Shown here piece after piece: positions 7,059-15,577 of a stretch of 21,290 nucleotides of DNA. The stretch lies in contig JBBDRK010000045.1 of NCBI GenBank assembly GCA_040905465.1, positions 1 to 21,290 on the forward strand, written 5' to 3'. Position 1 is the stretch's first letter. The number at the start of each line of letters is the position of its first letter. Made by a program: the position numbers and the translations under genes. A model generated the notes under the pieces. The model was not told where the DNA came from. It ran no database searches and worked only from the letters and a program-made list of their open reading frames with translations. This DNA comes from Trueperaceae bacterium. GTDB lineage: Bacteria; Deinococcota; Deinococci; Deinococcales; Trueperaceae.

Positions 7059-8612
7059 TCAGCTCTCCTCTACGCCGCTCGCCGTGCTCGATTGCCGGTA
7101 GGGGGTGTCCCGCGCCTCTCCTTCGGCAATGCGCCCATAGAGCGCCACCATCTCACGGAGTTGCGGCGCCATCCAGCGCTCGAGCTGCTCGGGCAGGAAG
7201 CGCCAACCCCAGTTTCCCGACGCACTGCCGGGCGTGTTCATCCGCGCCTCGCTGCCCAGGCCCATCACGTCCTGAAGCGGGACCACCGCCAGGTCGGCGA
7301 CCGAAGACAGCGCCAGTCTCATGAGTTCCCACACGACGCGATCGTCATCGCGTGCCAGATAGCGCCGCACCTTGTCGCGCTCGCCTTCGGGCGCCATCCA
7401 GTACCAGCCGAGCGTGGTGTCGTTGTCATGCGTGCCGGTGTAGACGGCCGAGCGCCTCGGGTAGTTGTGGGGCAGGTAGGGATCGCTGGCGTCACCGGCG
7501 AAGGCGAACTGCAGCACCTGCATGCCGGGCAACCGGTTGCGGTCGCGCAGGACCTCTACTTCCGGGGTGATCACCCCGAGGTCCTCGGCGATTACCGGCA
7601 AATCGCCCAACGCACCGTTGACGGCGTCGAAGAAGTCCTGACCCGGTCCACGCACCCAGCGCCCCCGAACCGCCGTCGGTTCGCTCGCGGGAATCTCCCA
7701 GTAGGCCTCGAAGCCTCTGAAGTGATCGATCCGGACCAGGTCGTAGAACTCCAGGCTCGAGCGGAAACGATCGATCCACCAGTCGAATCCACGCTCGGCC
7801 ATCCGGTCCCAGCGGTATAGCGGGTTGCCCCAACGCTGGCCGGTTGCGCTGAAGTAGTCGGGCGGCACTCCCGCGATAACCGTGGGGTTGCCTTCGCCGT
7901 CCAAGGAAAACAGGTCCGGGTTGGCCCAGGTGTCTGCCGAGTCGTAGGAGACGAAGATGGGGATGTCCCCCACCACCGCGATCCCCCGCTCGTTGGCGTA
8001 GCGCTTCACGTCCCGCCACTGCCGGTGGAAGAACCATTGCCAGACCTTGTGCCGGCGAATCTCCCGGGCCCGCTCCTGCCGGACCTCGGCGAGGCGCCGC
8101 TCGTTCCTCAGCCGTAACTCGCCGGCCCAGGTATTCCAGCCCTGCCCGCCGTGGGCCTCCTTCAGCGCCATGAAGAGCGCGAAGTCGTCGAGCCAGTAAC
8201 CGTGGTCCCGCTCGAACTCCTCGAAGCCGCTCCGTAGCTCCGGCCCCCCGTCCTCGAATCGCTCGAACGCGCGCGTGAGGGCGGCGAGCTTGAAGGGAAT
8301 GACGGCGCCGAAGTCGACCCGCTCGTCCGGAAATCCTCCACCTGCTGCCAGATCTTCGTCTTCGAGCAGCCCTTCGAGCCGCAGCAGGTCGAGGTCGATC
8401 AGGTACGGGTTGCCGGCGAATGCGCTGAACGACTGATAGGGACTGTCGCCGTAGCCGGTTGGCCCAAGTGGCAGGACCTGCCAGAGCCGTTGGCCGGCGG
8501 CCTCCAGAAAGTCGATCCACTTGTACGCCTCGGCGCCGAGCGAGCCGATTCCGTGCGGTCCGGGCAGTGATGTGGGGTGCAGCAGGATGCCGGCGCTGCG
8601 CTCGATGTCCAA
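7059..8612 (-). CDS. malQ: 4-alpha-glucanotransferase (amylomaltase, GH77)
   Basis: GILLHPTSLPG, WQVLPLGPTGYGDSPYQS, GVPPDYFSATGQRWGNPLY, RIDHFRGF, IAEDLG, YTGTHDNDT and RMNTPG. TTG start has GGAGG 7 nt upstream. Confidence 0.97.
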   Translation of the reverse strand: MDIERSAGILLHPTSLPGPHGIGSLGAEAYKWIDFLEAAGQRLWQVLPLGPTGYGDSPYQSFSAFAGNPYLIDLDLLRLEGLLEDEDLAAGGGFPDERVDFGAVIPFKLAALTRAFERFEDGGPELRSGFEEFERDHGYWLDDFALFMALKEAHGGQGWNTWAGELRLRNERRLAEVRQERAREIRRHKVWQWFFHRQWRDVKRYANERGIAVVGDIPIFVSYDSADTWANPDLFSLDGEGNPTVIAGVPPDYFSATGQRWGNPLYRWDRMAERGFDWWIDRFRSSLEFYDLVRIDHFRGFEAYWEIPASEPTAVRGRWVRGPGQDFFDAVNGALGDLPVIAEDLGVITPEVEVLRDRNRLPGMQVLQFAFAGDASDPYLPHNYPRRSAVYTGTHDNDTTLGWYWMAPEGERDKVRRYLARDDDRVVWELMRLALSSVADLAVVPLQDVMGLGSEARMNTPGSASGNWGWRFLPEQLERWMAPQLREMVALYGRIAEGEARDTPYRQSSTASGVEES

Positions 8613-8710
8613 GGTCAGTCCTCCCTCTTGCTGAACTGCTGCGCCCGCTGGCCCAGCGGCGACCGGCCGTCGGCATTCCTGCCTCGCGGCGCAAGCAGTG
8701 ATCCGGTGCC

Positions 8711-8739
8711 ATCGTAGCGCGCGCCACCTGCGCTGAAAA
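8711..8739 (-). promoter_or_regulatory. Putative malQ promoter
   Basis: TTTTCA (8739-8734), 17-nt spacer, TACGAT (8716-8711); implies a leader of about 90 nt. Confidence 0.4.
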
Positions 8740-8855
8740 CGAAGGCGCCGCAGGATCGGGCTGCTGCTTCCCGGTCCTTACGACCGGCGGCACTTCGAAC
8801 GCCGGCCATACCGAGCACACCGGGTACTATCTGGAAGCGCCGTGGTTCGGGACAG

Positions 8856-9773
8856 CTAGCCCTCGTACGGCTTGCCGATAGCCCTGGGCGGAATGGCGCG
8901 GCCGATGAACCCGGCCAGCACCAGCATCGTCAGGATGAACGGGATGCTCTGAACCAGCGTAGGCGGCAGGATCTGGCCTCCTCCGAGGCTGGTGGCTACC
9001 GCCTCGAAGGCGCCGAACAGCAGGGTTGCGCCCAACACCCCAAGCGGGTGCCACTTCCCGAAAATCAGCGCTGCCAGGGCGATGAAGCCGCGCCCGGCCG
9101 ACATTTCGGAGACGAACTGGTTGAAGTTGCCGATGGACAGGTAGGCGCCGCCCAGGCCGGCGAGAACGCCCGAGAGGACCACGCCGGTATACCTGACCCG
9201 CCGGACGTTGATACCGAGGCTGTCGGCCGCTTCCGGGTGCTCACCCACGGAACGCAGGCGCAGGCCGAAGGGCGTCCGAAACACGACGTACCAAACCACC
9301 GGCACCAACGCGAAAGCCAGGTAGACCAGGGGACTGAGTTCGAACACTCCGGTGCCCCACTCGGGGAGCCGGTTCCGGATTCTGTCGCTGGTCGAGCTGT
9401 TGTTGTAGAGACCGGTGAGGATGACGGCGGGGATTCCGATCGCCATGAGGTTGATGGCGGTGCCCGAGATGATCTGGTCCGCCTTGTAGCGGATGCACAC
9501 TACCGCGTGTATCCATGCCACCGCGGCTCCGACTATCATCGCCGCCAGCAACCCCAGCCACGGGGCGTACGGCACGTGTTGCCCCGGGTAAGGCGCCTCG
9601 ACCAGTTGTGCCACGACCGCGGCCGCAAGCGCTCCGAAGAGGATTATCCCCTCCAGGGCGATATTCACCACGCCCGCGCGCTCGCTGAACAGCCCGCCCA
9701 GCGCCGCCAGCAGGAGTGGTGTGGTGGCCCGCAGTGCCGAGGCCACGAGCGTCAGCAGCACCAACTGGTCCAT
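8856..9773 (-). CDS. Nucleoside/simple-sugar ABC transporter permease (NupQ/RnsD-like)
   Basis: ATTPLLLAALGGLFSERAGVVNIALEG, ADQIISGTAIN, RTPFGLRLRSVGEHPEAADSLGINV, GRGFIALAALIFGKWHP and PPRAIGKPY. Confidence 0.92.
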   Translation of the reverse strand: MDQLVLLTLVASALRATTPLLLAALGGLFSERAGVVNIALEGIILFGALAAAVVAQLVEAPYPGQHVPYAPWLGLLAAMIVGAAVAWIHAVVCIRYKADQIISGTAINLMAIGIPAVILTGLYNNSSTSDRIRNRLPEWGTGVFELSPLVYLAFALVPVVWYVVFRTPFGLRLRSVGEHPEAADSLGINVRRVRYTGVVLSGVLAGLGGAYLSIGNFNQFVSEMSAGRGFIALAALIFGKWHPLGVLGATLLFGAFEAVATSLGGGQILPPTLVQSIPFILTMLVLAGFIGRAIPPRAIGKPYEG

Positions 9774-9774
9774 G

Positions 9775-11997
9775 TCAGCTCTCCTCTTTGCGCACAGGCT
9801 TGCCGGGTGGGTCGAGCGGCTGGCTGATCGTCGGATCCTGCTCGGCGTAGAGCGCCTGTCGCCGTCGCAGCGGGTTCGCCAGGCGCTCCGGAAGGAAGCC
9901 CTTGGCGGCGATGAACAGCACCACCAGCGCCAGGATCATGCTGACCACGTCGCGAGTCAATCCGCTGAACGTGATGTTGAGGACCGAGCCGCCGTTCTTC
10001 AGCACCCCGAACAGGAAAGCCGCCAGTATCACGCCCAGCGGTGTGTTGCCGCCCAGCAACGCCACCGCGATACCGTCGAAACCGTCGGCCGTGGGCAGCG
10101 ATTGCCGCAGTGAATAGTCCTCGAGCGCCCCTCCCAGGACGTAGTGGGTCGCGGTGAGTCCGGCGAACGCTCCGCTGATGGTCATCGCCAGGACGATGTT
10201 CCCGCCGATGTCGGCGCCGCCGTACTCAGCGGCCTTGGGCGACACTCCCACCGCCCTGAGCTCGTATCCCCATTTGGTGCGCCACAGCAGCACCTGCATG
10301 AACAGGGCAGCCAGCAGAGCCAGGCCGAACGACAGGTTGAGGTTCGTGGGCGGGATCTCCACCTCGACAGCCGCCAGGCCAGCCAGCGCCAGCAACAGAT
10401 AGCTCACGCCCCAAACGGCGACCGTAACGAACAACCGCGGGATCCAACGCCCGGCGCCGAAGCGGGGCGCGAGCCACAGGGCGAGGAGCGCAGCCAGCGG
10501 CGCAAGCCATGCGGCCAGGTCGACGATCACGTCGTTGGCGCCCGGCGATTCCTGCAGGTCGATCCCGAGAACGGCCGGGAGCTGCGGTATGCGCGCCTCG
10601 GGTTGCAGCGGATAACTCTTTGGTTCGGAGCCTGGCGCCTTGAACGGCAGGTCGACGATTACCGGCGGGTCGTTGGCAACCGGCGCAGCAACCGCCACCA
10701 TCGCAATCAGCAACAGTACACCGCCGACAGCGAACGACAGACGAGGGTAGCGACCCATCGCCCGACGCAGAGGCGGGATCAGGAAGGCCACCAGCACGAG
10801 CAGCGCGGCCGGACCGAGCAGCCTGATGATGCTGAGAGCCGGAGCGGCGAACGTTGGACGGTCGGACAGCACGAACAGCAGAATCGAAGCGGCGATGTAG
10901 TTGAGGAGGATCGTGTTGATCACCTCGTTCGCACCGAAGCGCGCCTTCAACCAGCCCGGCAACGCTCCCCACAGGCCGCCCGCTACCGCCGCTCCTGCCA
11001 CGGCAAGCGGCAATACCAGCAATCGCGGCCCGGGAAGGTAGATGGCGATGGCCGCCGCCCCGAGTGCGCCCAGGATCATCTGGCCGGGTGCACCGATGTT
11101 GAATAGGCCGGCGCGAAAGCCGAAGGCGACCGCCAGGCCGGTGAAGATCAGCGGCGTGGTGAACTTGAGCGCCTCCAGGAAACCGGAGAGCGTGCCGAGC
11201 GAATCTGCGAACAGCGTGAGGTAGGCGTGCCACAGAGTGTCGAGGCGACCGGCCAGGCCCATCAGTGGCCCGGTTATCTCCACCGAGCTGCCGACCGGCG
11301 TGGGCTGCAACAGCAACACCACGACGGCAGACGCCAGCATCGCCAGAGCAATCGATGTTGCCGGAACGGCGACCGCGGCCAGAAATCGATCGATGAACAG
11401 CGACGCCCGCGGATAGAGTCGCGATCCGAACAGGAGCGCCGCTGCGCCGGTCAGACCGGCAAGGAAGGCCGCCAGCCCCATCCCGCTGCGTGAGTACGGC
11501 AACCGCCGGACATTGAGCCCGGCGGCGAGTGCGGCCTCCCGCGATTCTTCCAGCGGGCGCTCATCGGCTTCTGCCACCACCGACTCGAGCGCGTCGATGT
11601 CGCGATTGGGCCGGGGCGTTTCGATAGCCCGCTCGACTTCGCCCACGAACGCCGCCAAGCGCGCCTCGGCTACCGCCGCTCCCACTCGGTCCAGGCCCCA
11701 ACCGGTCGACGCCAGCAGCACCGCGCCGGCGGCAAGCCACGCCACCAGCCGGCCGCGGCCCGGCAGCCAGGCAGTGGCGACCAGGACGAACAGCGAGATC
11801 AGGCCCAGGGCAAAGACCAGGCCGAGGCCCCCGATGATTACCGGATCGGTGCGACCGGTGAAGTCGATGACCCGGCCGGGCAGCAGCAACACGGTGCTGC
11901 GCGCGCCGATCTCGCGGTTGAGCGCCGCCCACGGAGCGAGCAGGAAACCGATCGCGCTGAGCACGGCAAGCAGCGCAACCGCCAGACGTTCGTTCAC
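9775..11997 (-). CDS. Nucleoside/simple-sugar ABC transporter permease (NupP/RnsC-like), extended to 740 aa
   Basis: TPLIFTGLAVAFGFRAGLFNIGAPGQ, LKARFGANEVINTILLNY, RTKWGYELRAVG, AAEYGG and GFDGIAVALLG. Has a long N-terminal extension and internal insertions. Confidence 0.88.
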   Translation of the reverse strand: MNERLAVALLAVLSAIGFLLAPWAALNREIGARSTVLLLPGRVIDFTGRTDPVIIGGLGLVFALGLISLFVLVATAWLPGRGRLVAWLAAGAVLLASTGWGLDRVGAAVAEARLAAFVGEVERAIETPRPNRDIDALESVVAEADERPLEESREAALAAGLNVRRLPYSRSGMGLAAFLAGLTGAAALLFGSRLYPRASLFIDRFLAAVAVPATSIALAMLASAVVVLLLQPTPVGSSVEITGPLMGLAGRLDTLWHAYLTLFADSLGTLSGFLEALKFTTPLIFTGLAVAFGFRAGLFNIGAPGQMILGALGAAAIAIYLPGPRLLVLPLAVAGAAVAGGLWGALPGWLKARFGANEVINTILLNYIAASILLFVLSDRPTFAAPALSIIRLLGPAALLVLVAFLIPPLRRAMGRYPRLSFAVGGVLLLIAMVAVAAPVANDPPVIVDLPFKAPGSEPKSYPLQPEARIPQLPAVLGIDLQESPGANDVIVDLAAWLAPLAALLALWLAPRFGAGRWIPRLFVTVAVWGVSYLLLALAGLAAVEVEIPPTNLNLSFGLALLAALFMQVLLWRTKWGYELRAVGVSPKAAEYGGADIGGNIVLAMTISGAFAGLTATHYVLGGALEDYSLRQSLPTADGFDGIAVALLGGNTPLGVILAAFLFGVLKNGGSVLNITFSGLTRDVVSMILALVVLFIAAKGFLPERLANPLRRRQALYAEQDPTISQPLDPPGKPVRKEES

Positions 11998-12003
11998 CCG
12001 CGC

Positions 12004-12009
12004 ATTCTA
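12004..12009 (-). promoter_or_regulatory. -10 box of a leaderless promoter (permease operon)
   Basis: TAGAAT, 6 nt, GTG 11997; no SD. Confidence 0.6.
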
Positions 12010-12070
12010 TCCGAAGCGCTGGCCGGTTCCGTCCGGGCCCCGGCCGCCGTCGGCGCTCGAGTGCACCCGG

Positions 12071-12853
12071 TCAGGCACTGTCGAGGTGCCGCTCCAACTC
12101 CCCGAGTACCTCGAGAGCGTAGCGATAGCGGCGCTCGGGCTCCTTCGCCAGCAGCCGCTCGAGCAGCGGCTCGAACTTCACGAGACTGGGATCGAGTCGA
12201 CCGGCGGAGGCCGGCCGGCTACGTGCATGGGCGCGCATCACCTGCTCGACGGTGCCGGTGAACGGCACCTGCCCGGTGAGGCCCCAGTACAGGATCACGC
12301 CGGCAGCGTAGAGGTCGCTTGCCGCCGTGGCCGGCTCGCCGCGCGCCTGCTCGGGACTGAGGAAGGCGACCGTGCCGGCGACCGAGACGCGCTCGCTGTC
12401 GGTGTCGATGCTGGTGGCCAGGTCGTAGTCGACCAATACCGCACGGCCGTCCTTGTCGACCAGGATGTTTTCGGGCTTGACGTCGCGGTGCACGATGCCG
12501 AGGTCGTGGAGGTATCCCAGCGCCCGCAATACCCCGCAAAAGGCGGTGAGAAACCACTCTCGTGCGCCATCATCCGGATTCCAGCTGCTCAGGCGGATTC
12601 CGGGCACGTACGGCATCACCACCCCGGGCCGGCCGCTCAGCTCAAGCCAGTCCTCGACCGGGTTCAGGTGTGGATGGGTGAGATCGCGGCCGTACATCAA
12701 CTCGCGTTCGGCCCGCGACCGATGTTCGGAGCGAAACAGCTTGACGGCCTTCACCCGGCGCCCGTCGCTGGCAAGGAACACCCGTGCGACAGCACCCTGG
12801 CCGATCTCGCGGATTACCTGGTAGCCCCCAAAGTGCTGGCCGATTATGTCCAC
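12071..12853 (-). CDS. Stand-alone Hanks-type Ser/Thr protein kinase
   Basis: IGQGAVARV, AVK, ERE, LTHPHL, HRDVKPENIL, VDYDLA (DFG position), GTVAFLSPEQARG, SDLYAAG and LLAKEPERR. No TM or sensor domain. TAGGAT (12867-12862) lies 8 nt before the GTG. Confidence 0.9.
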   Translation of the reverse strand: MDIIGQHFGGYQVIREIGQGAVARVFLASDGRRVKAVKLFRSEHRSRAERELMYGRDLTHPHLNPVEDWLELSGRPGVVMPYVPGIRLSSWNPDDGAREWFLTAFCGVLRALGYLHDLGIVHRDVKPENILVDKDGRAVLVDYDLATSIDTDSERVSVAGTVAFLSPEQARGEPATAASDLYAAGVILYWGLTGQVPFTGTVEQVMRAHARSRPASAGRLDPSLVKFEPLLERLLAKEPERRYRYALEVLGELERHLDSA

Positions 12854-13022
12854 GCGCGCTCATCCTAGCGCGGAGCCACCGCCGGCCGATGCAAGGCTTC
12901 CCACTCCGCCCGGCGGGGTTTCGCCGGCAAGCTGGCGCCGGTGCGCTGCCGGGCCCGAGCTCGACCCGTCTTGCAGGCTGTTCGCGCCACCGCCCTGCCA
13001 CGCGATCGTCGGCGGCGGATGC

Positions 13023-13892
13023 TCACCGTTTCTCCAGTATGCCGGCCCGCAGCAGTGCGGCGAACGCCTCGCGCTCGAGGTCCTCGCCGGAGACGGCCGG
13101 CACCGGCAGCAGCACATGCCTGAAACTGGCGGCGAGGATCTCGCTGCGGCGGCGTGCCACGAACTCGCGGACGGCTCGCCGGTAGGCGCGGGCCTCGCGG
13201 GCGGTTACCTCGAGTCGCTCCCCGGTCTCGGCGTCGATGAGCTCCAGCCGACCCTCCTGCGGCCGCAGATCCTCGGCTGCCATTACCTGCAGGAACGAGG
13301 CGTCCAGCCCCCGGGTGCGCAAGGCGGTGAGCGCAGGACGCAGCGGGGCCTCTTCGAGCAGGTCCGAGATCACGAGCACCAGCGCGGCGCCCGGATCGCT
13401 CGGACCGGCGAGCGCGAACCGCCTGATCGCCTGGCCGGGCGCAGGCGCTTCCTTCACGGCGGCTGCGCCGGCTTCGATGAGATCCCAGGTCTCGCCGATT
13501 CGCCGCAACCCCTGCACCGGACGGCCGTGAGTGCCGTCGCTGAGATGTACCTGGCTGCGGGCGTCGCGCTGGCCCACGTATGCAAGCAACTGTGCCAGCC
13601 TCTCCGCGTATGCGGCCTTGCGGCCCACCCGCATCGAGGCGCTGATGTCGATCAGCAGGTGCAACCGGATGTTCCGTTCGGCCTGATGGAGCCGGGTGTA
13701 AAGCCGGCCCGTGCGCGCGTAGGCCCGCCAGTCGACGTACCTCAGCTCGTCACCCGACTGATACGGCCTGAAGTCGTGGAACTCGACGCTGTGGCCGGCC
13801 TCCTTGGCCGTGCGCTCGCCCGATTCCCCGCTGAGCACGCGGGACGCCAGCGAGTACCGGTCGAGGATTGCTCGGCTGCGCTTCGATATCAC
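13023..13892 (-). CDS. DUF58 domain protein (vWA-like, MoxR-associated)
   Basis: GHSVEFHDFRPYQSGDELRYVDWRAYART, LLIDISASM, VISDLL and LIDAETGE; directly downstream of moxR. Confidence 0.9.
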   Translation of the reverse strand: MISKRSRAILDRYSLASRVLSGESGERTAKEAGHSVEFHDFRPYQSGDELRYVDWRAYARTGRLYTRLHQAERNIRLHLLIDISASMRVGRKAAYAERLAQLLAYVGQRDARSQVHLSDGTHGRPVQGLRRIGETWDLIEAGAAAVKEAPAPGQAIRRFALAGPSDPGAALVLVISDLLEEAPLRPALTALRTRGLDASFLQVMAAEDLRPQEGRLELIDAETGERLEVTAREARAYRRAVREFVARRRSEILAASFRHVLLPVPAVSGEDLEREAFAALLRAGILEKR

Positions 13893-13896
13893 CGGT

Positions 13897-14883
13897 TCAG
13901 CGGCCTACCGCCCGTGCGCGGCCACCGTTTTCCACCTGCTCCAGCAGCTCCGTGATGATCGTGTCGGGTTCGGTTCCGTCTACCTCCGCCTCGAACGACA
14001 GCAGCAATCGGTGGCGCAGGGCCGGAAAGGCCGCCCGCCGGACGTCCGTGAGCTCGACGTTGGGGCGCCCCTCGGCCAGGGCGTAGCCCTTCGCCGCCAG
14101 GGTTATCGCCTGTGCCCCGCGCGGACTGGCTCCCAGGCGCAGCTGAGGGTGCCGGTGCGATGCCTCCACCAGTTCAACCACCCGCTCCAACGCGGTGCTT
14201 GCCATCGGCACCGCCCGCAGCATCTCCTGAAACTCGAGGAGCTCCTGGCGGCTGAAGATCCGCGCGACACTGGCGTCGCCGGTGCCGGTGGTGGCCAGGA
14301 GGATGCGCCGGAGGGTGTCGGCATCGGGCCGGCCTATCAACACCTTGAACAGGAACCGGTCGAGCTGCGCTTCCGGGAGCGGGTAGGTGCCCTCCATCTC
14401 CAGCGGATTCTGCGTCGCCAGTGTCACGAACGGCGCCGGAAGCTCGTGCATGGTTCCCGCCGCCGTCACCGCGCGCTCCTGCATCGCTTCCAGCAGTGCG
14501 GCCTGCGTCTTGGGCGTGGCGCGGTTTATCTCGTCGGCCAGCAGCACGTTCGTAAATACCGGACCCGGCTGGAACTCGAACCGGCGCGAGTTGCCGTCGT
14601 CGAGGAACACCGTAGTGCCTGTCACATCGGCCGGCATCAGGTCGGGCGTGAACTGGATCCGGCCGAACGCCAGGTCGGTCGCCTCGGCGAACGCGCGCAC
14701 CAGCATCGTCTTGCCCAGGCCCGGCGCTCCTTCGATCAACACGTGCCCACGTGCCAGAACCGCCACCAGCAGATCGTCGACCACCTGCTCCTGGCCCAGG
14801 ATCACTCCTCCGATGGCGGAGCGCAGGGCCCGGAAGCGCTCGCTGAAGTTGGCGATATTCTTCTCGCTGGGCGTGCTGTTCAT
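13897..14883 (-). CDS. moxR: MoxR-family AAA+ ATPase
   Basis: GHVLIEGAPGLGKT, RIQFTPDLMPADVTG, LLADEINRATPKTQAALLEAMQE, ATQNPLEMEGTYPLPEAQLDRF, GASPR and LRHR. SD AAGGGG; -10 TATAGT at 14916-14911. Confidence 0.95.
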   Translation of the reverse strand: MNSTPSEKNIANFSERFRALRSAIGGVILGQEQVVDDLLVAVLARGHVLIEGAPGLGKTMLVRAFAEATDLAFGRIQFTPDLMPADVTGTTVFLDDGNSRRFEFQPGPVFTNVLLADEINRATPKTQAALLEAMQERAVTAAGTMHELPAPFVTLATQNPLEMEGTYPLPEAQLDRFLFKVLIGRPDADTLRRILLATTGTGDASVARIFSRQELLEFQEMLRAVPMASTALERVVELVEASHRHPQLRLGASPRGAQAITLAAKGYALAEGRPNVELTDVRRAAFPALRHRLLLSFEAEVDGTEPDTIITELLEQVENGGRARAVGR

Positions 14884-14992
14884 GTTTCCCCTTCATCTGC
14901 CTGTGCCACCACTATACCGACGAGTCCGGCCGGCCGCGTCCTCCGCTTCCGCTCATGAAATGCCGCACGCGGCGGCCGGCGCGAACCGGCGG

Positions 14993-14998
14993 TAGACT
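14993..14998 (+). promoter_or_regulatory. -10 box of a leaderless promoter (GNAT)
   Basis: TAGACT, 6 nt (GTCGCC), ATG 15005; no SD. Confidence 0.6.
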
Positions 14999-15004
14999 GT
15001 CGCC

Positions 15005-15577
15005 ATGTGCCCTTCCTTCGGACGTGTGCGACTGCGCCCGCTCGACGAGATCGACGCTCTGGCCTGGAGGCGCGTTCACGCGCACTTCCGTGATCCGGAG
15101 ATCTCCCACCTCAACGGCACCCCTCCCAACCGGATGCCGCTGTGGCTCCTCAAGCGGGTATTGCGCGCAGACACCCGCCGCAGCGATCGGCTCACCTTCG
15201 GCGTGTTCGACGAGCACCAGGAATACATCGGCACGATCGAGCTCTACGACATTCGGGGACCCCGCGCCACGTTGGGCATAATCATCGGCGAGAAGAGCCA
15301 CTGGGGCAAGGGCTACGGACCGGAAGCCATCGCCGCGCTGCTGGGGCACGCCTTCGACGTGCTCGGCCTCGAGTCCGTCCGCCTGTCTACCTTCGACGAC
15401 AACCCGCGAGCCCAGGCGGCGTTCCGTAAGGTCGGCTTTCGGGAAGTGCGGAGAGTGCCCGCCAGCGGCGGCCGTATCGACGTGCAGATGGAGGTCCGCA
15501 GGGCCGCCTGGCGGGCGTCGGGCGGTGAGACCGAACTTCAGGCGACCCCCTGGTCGCCCGGGTCGTCGGCGAAGTAG
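15005..15577 (+). CDS. GNAT N-acetyltransferase, RimJ/RimL-like
   Basis: VRLRPL, YIGTIEL, LGIIIGEKSHWGKGYGPEA and NPRAQAAFRKVGF. Confidence 0.9.
   Translation: MCPSFGRVRLRPLDEIDALAWRRVHAHFRDPEISHLNGTPPNRMPLWLLKRVLRADTRRSDRLTFGVFDEHQEYIGTIELYDIRGPRATLGIIIGEKSHWGKGYGPEAIAALLGHAFDVLGLESVRLSTFDDNPRAQAAFRKVGFREVRRVPASGGRIDVQMEVRRAAWRASGGETELQATPWSPGSSAK

Noticed and set aside
8760..8806. Hairpins CCGGTC-GTAAG-GACCGG followed by GAAGCAGC (minus strand), superficially SRP-like
   Set aside because: It lacks the CAGG..GNRA..AGCAG internal-loop architecture and long closing stem; these look like ordinary GC-rich stems without a U tract.
8615..8818. 67-aa intergenic ORF upstream of malQ
   Set aside because: No SD or recognisable motif, and it spans the predicted malQ promoter.
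12910..12927. Hairpin CCGGCG-N6-CGCCGG after DUF58
   Set aside because: Short all-GC stem with no U tract, expected by chance.
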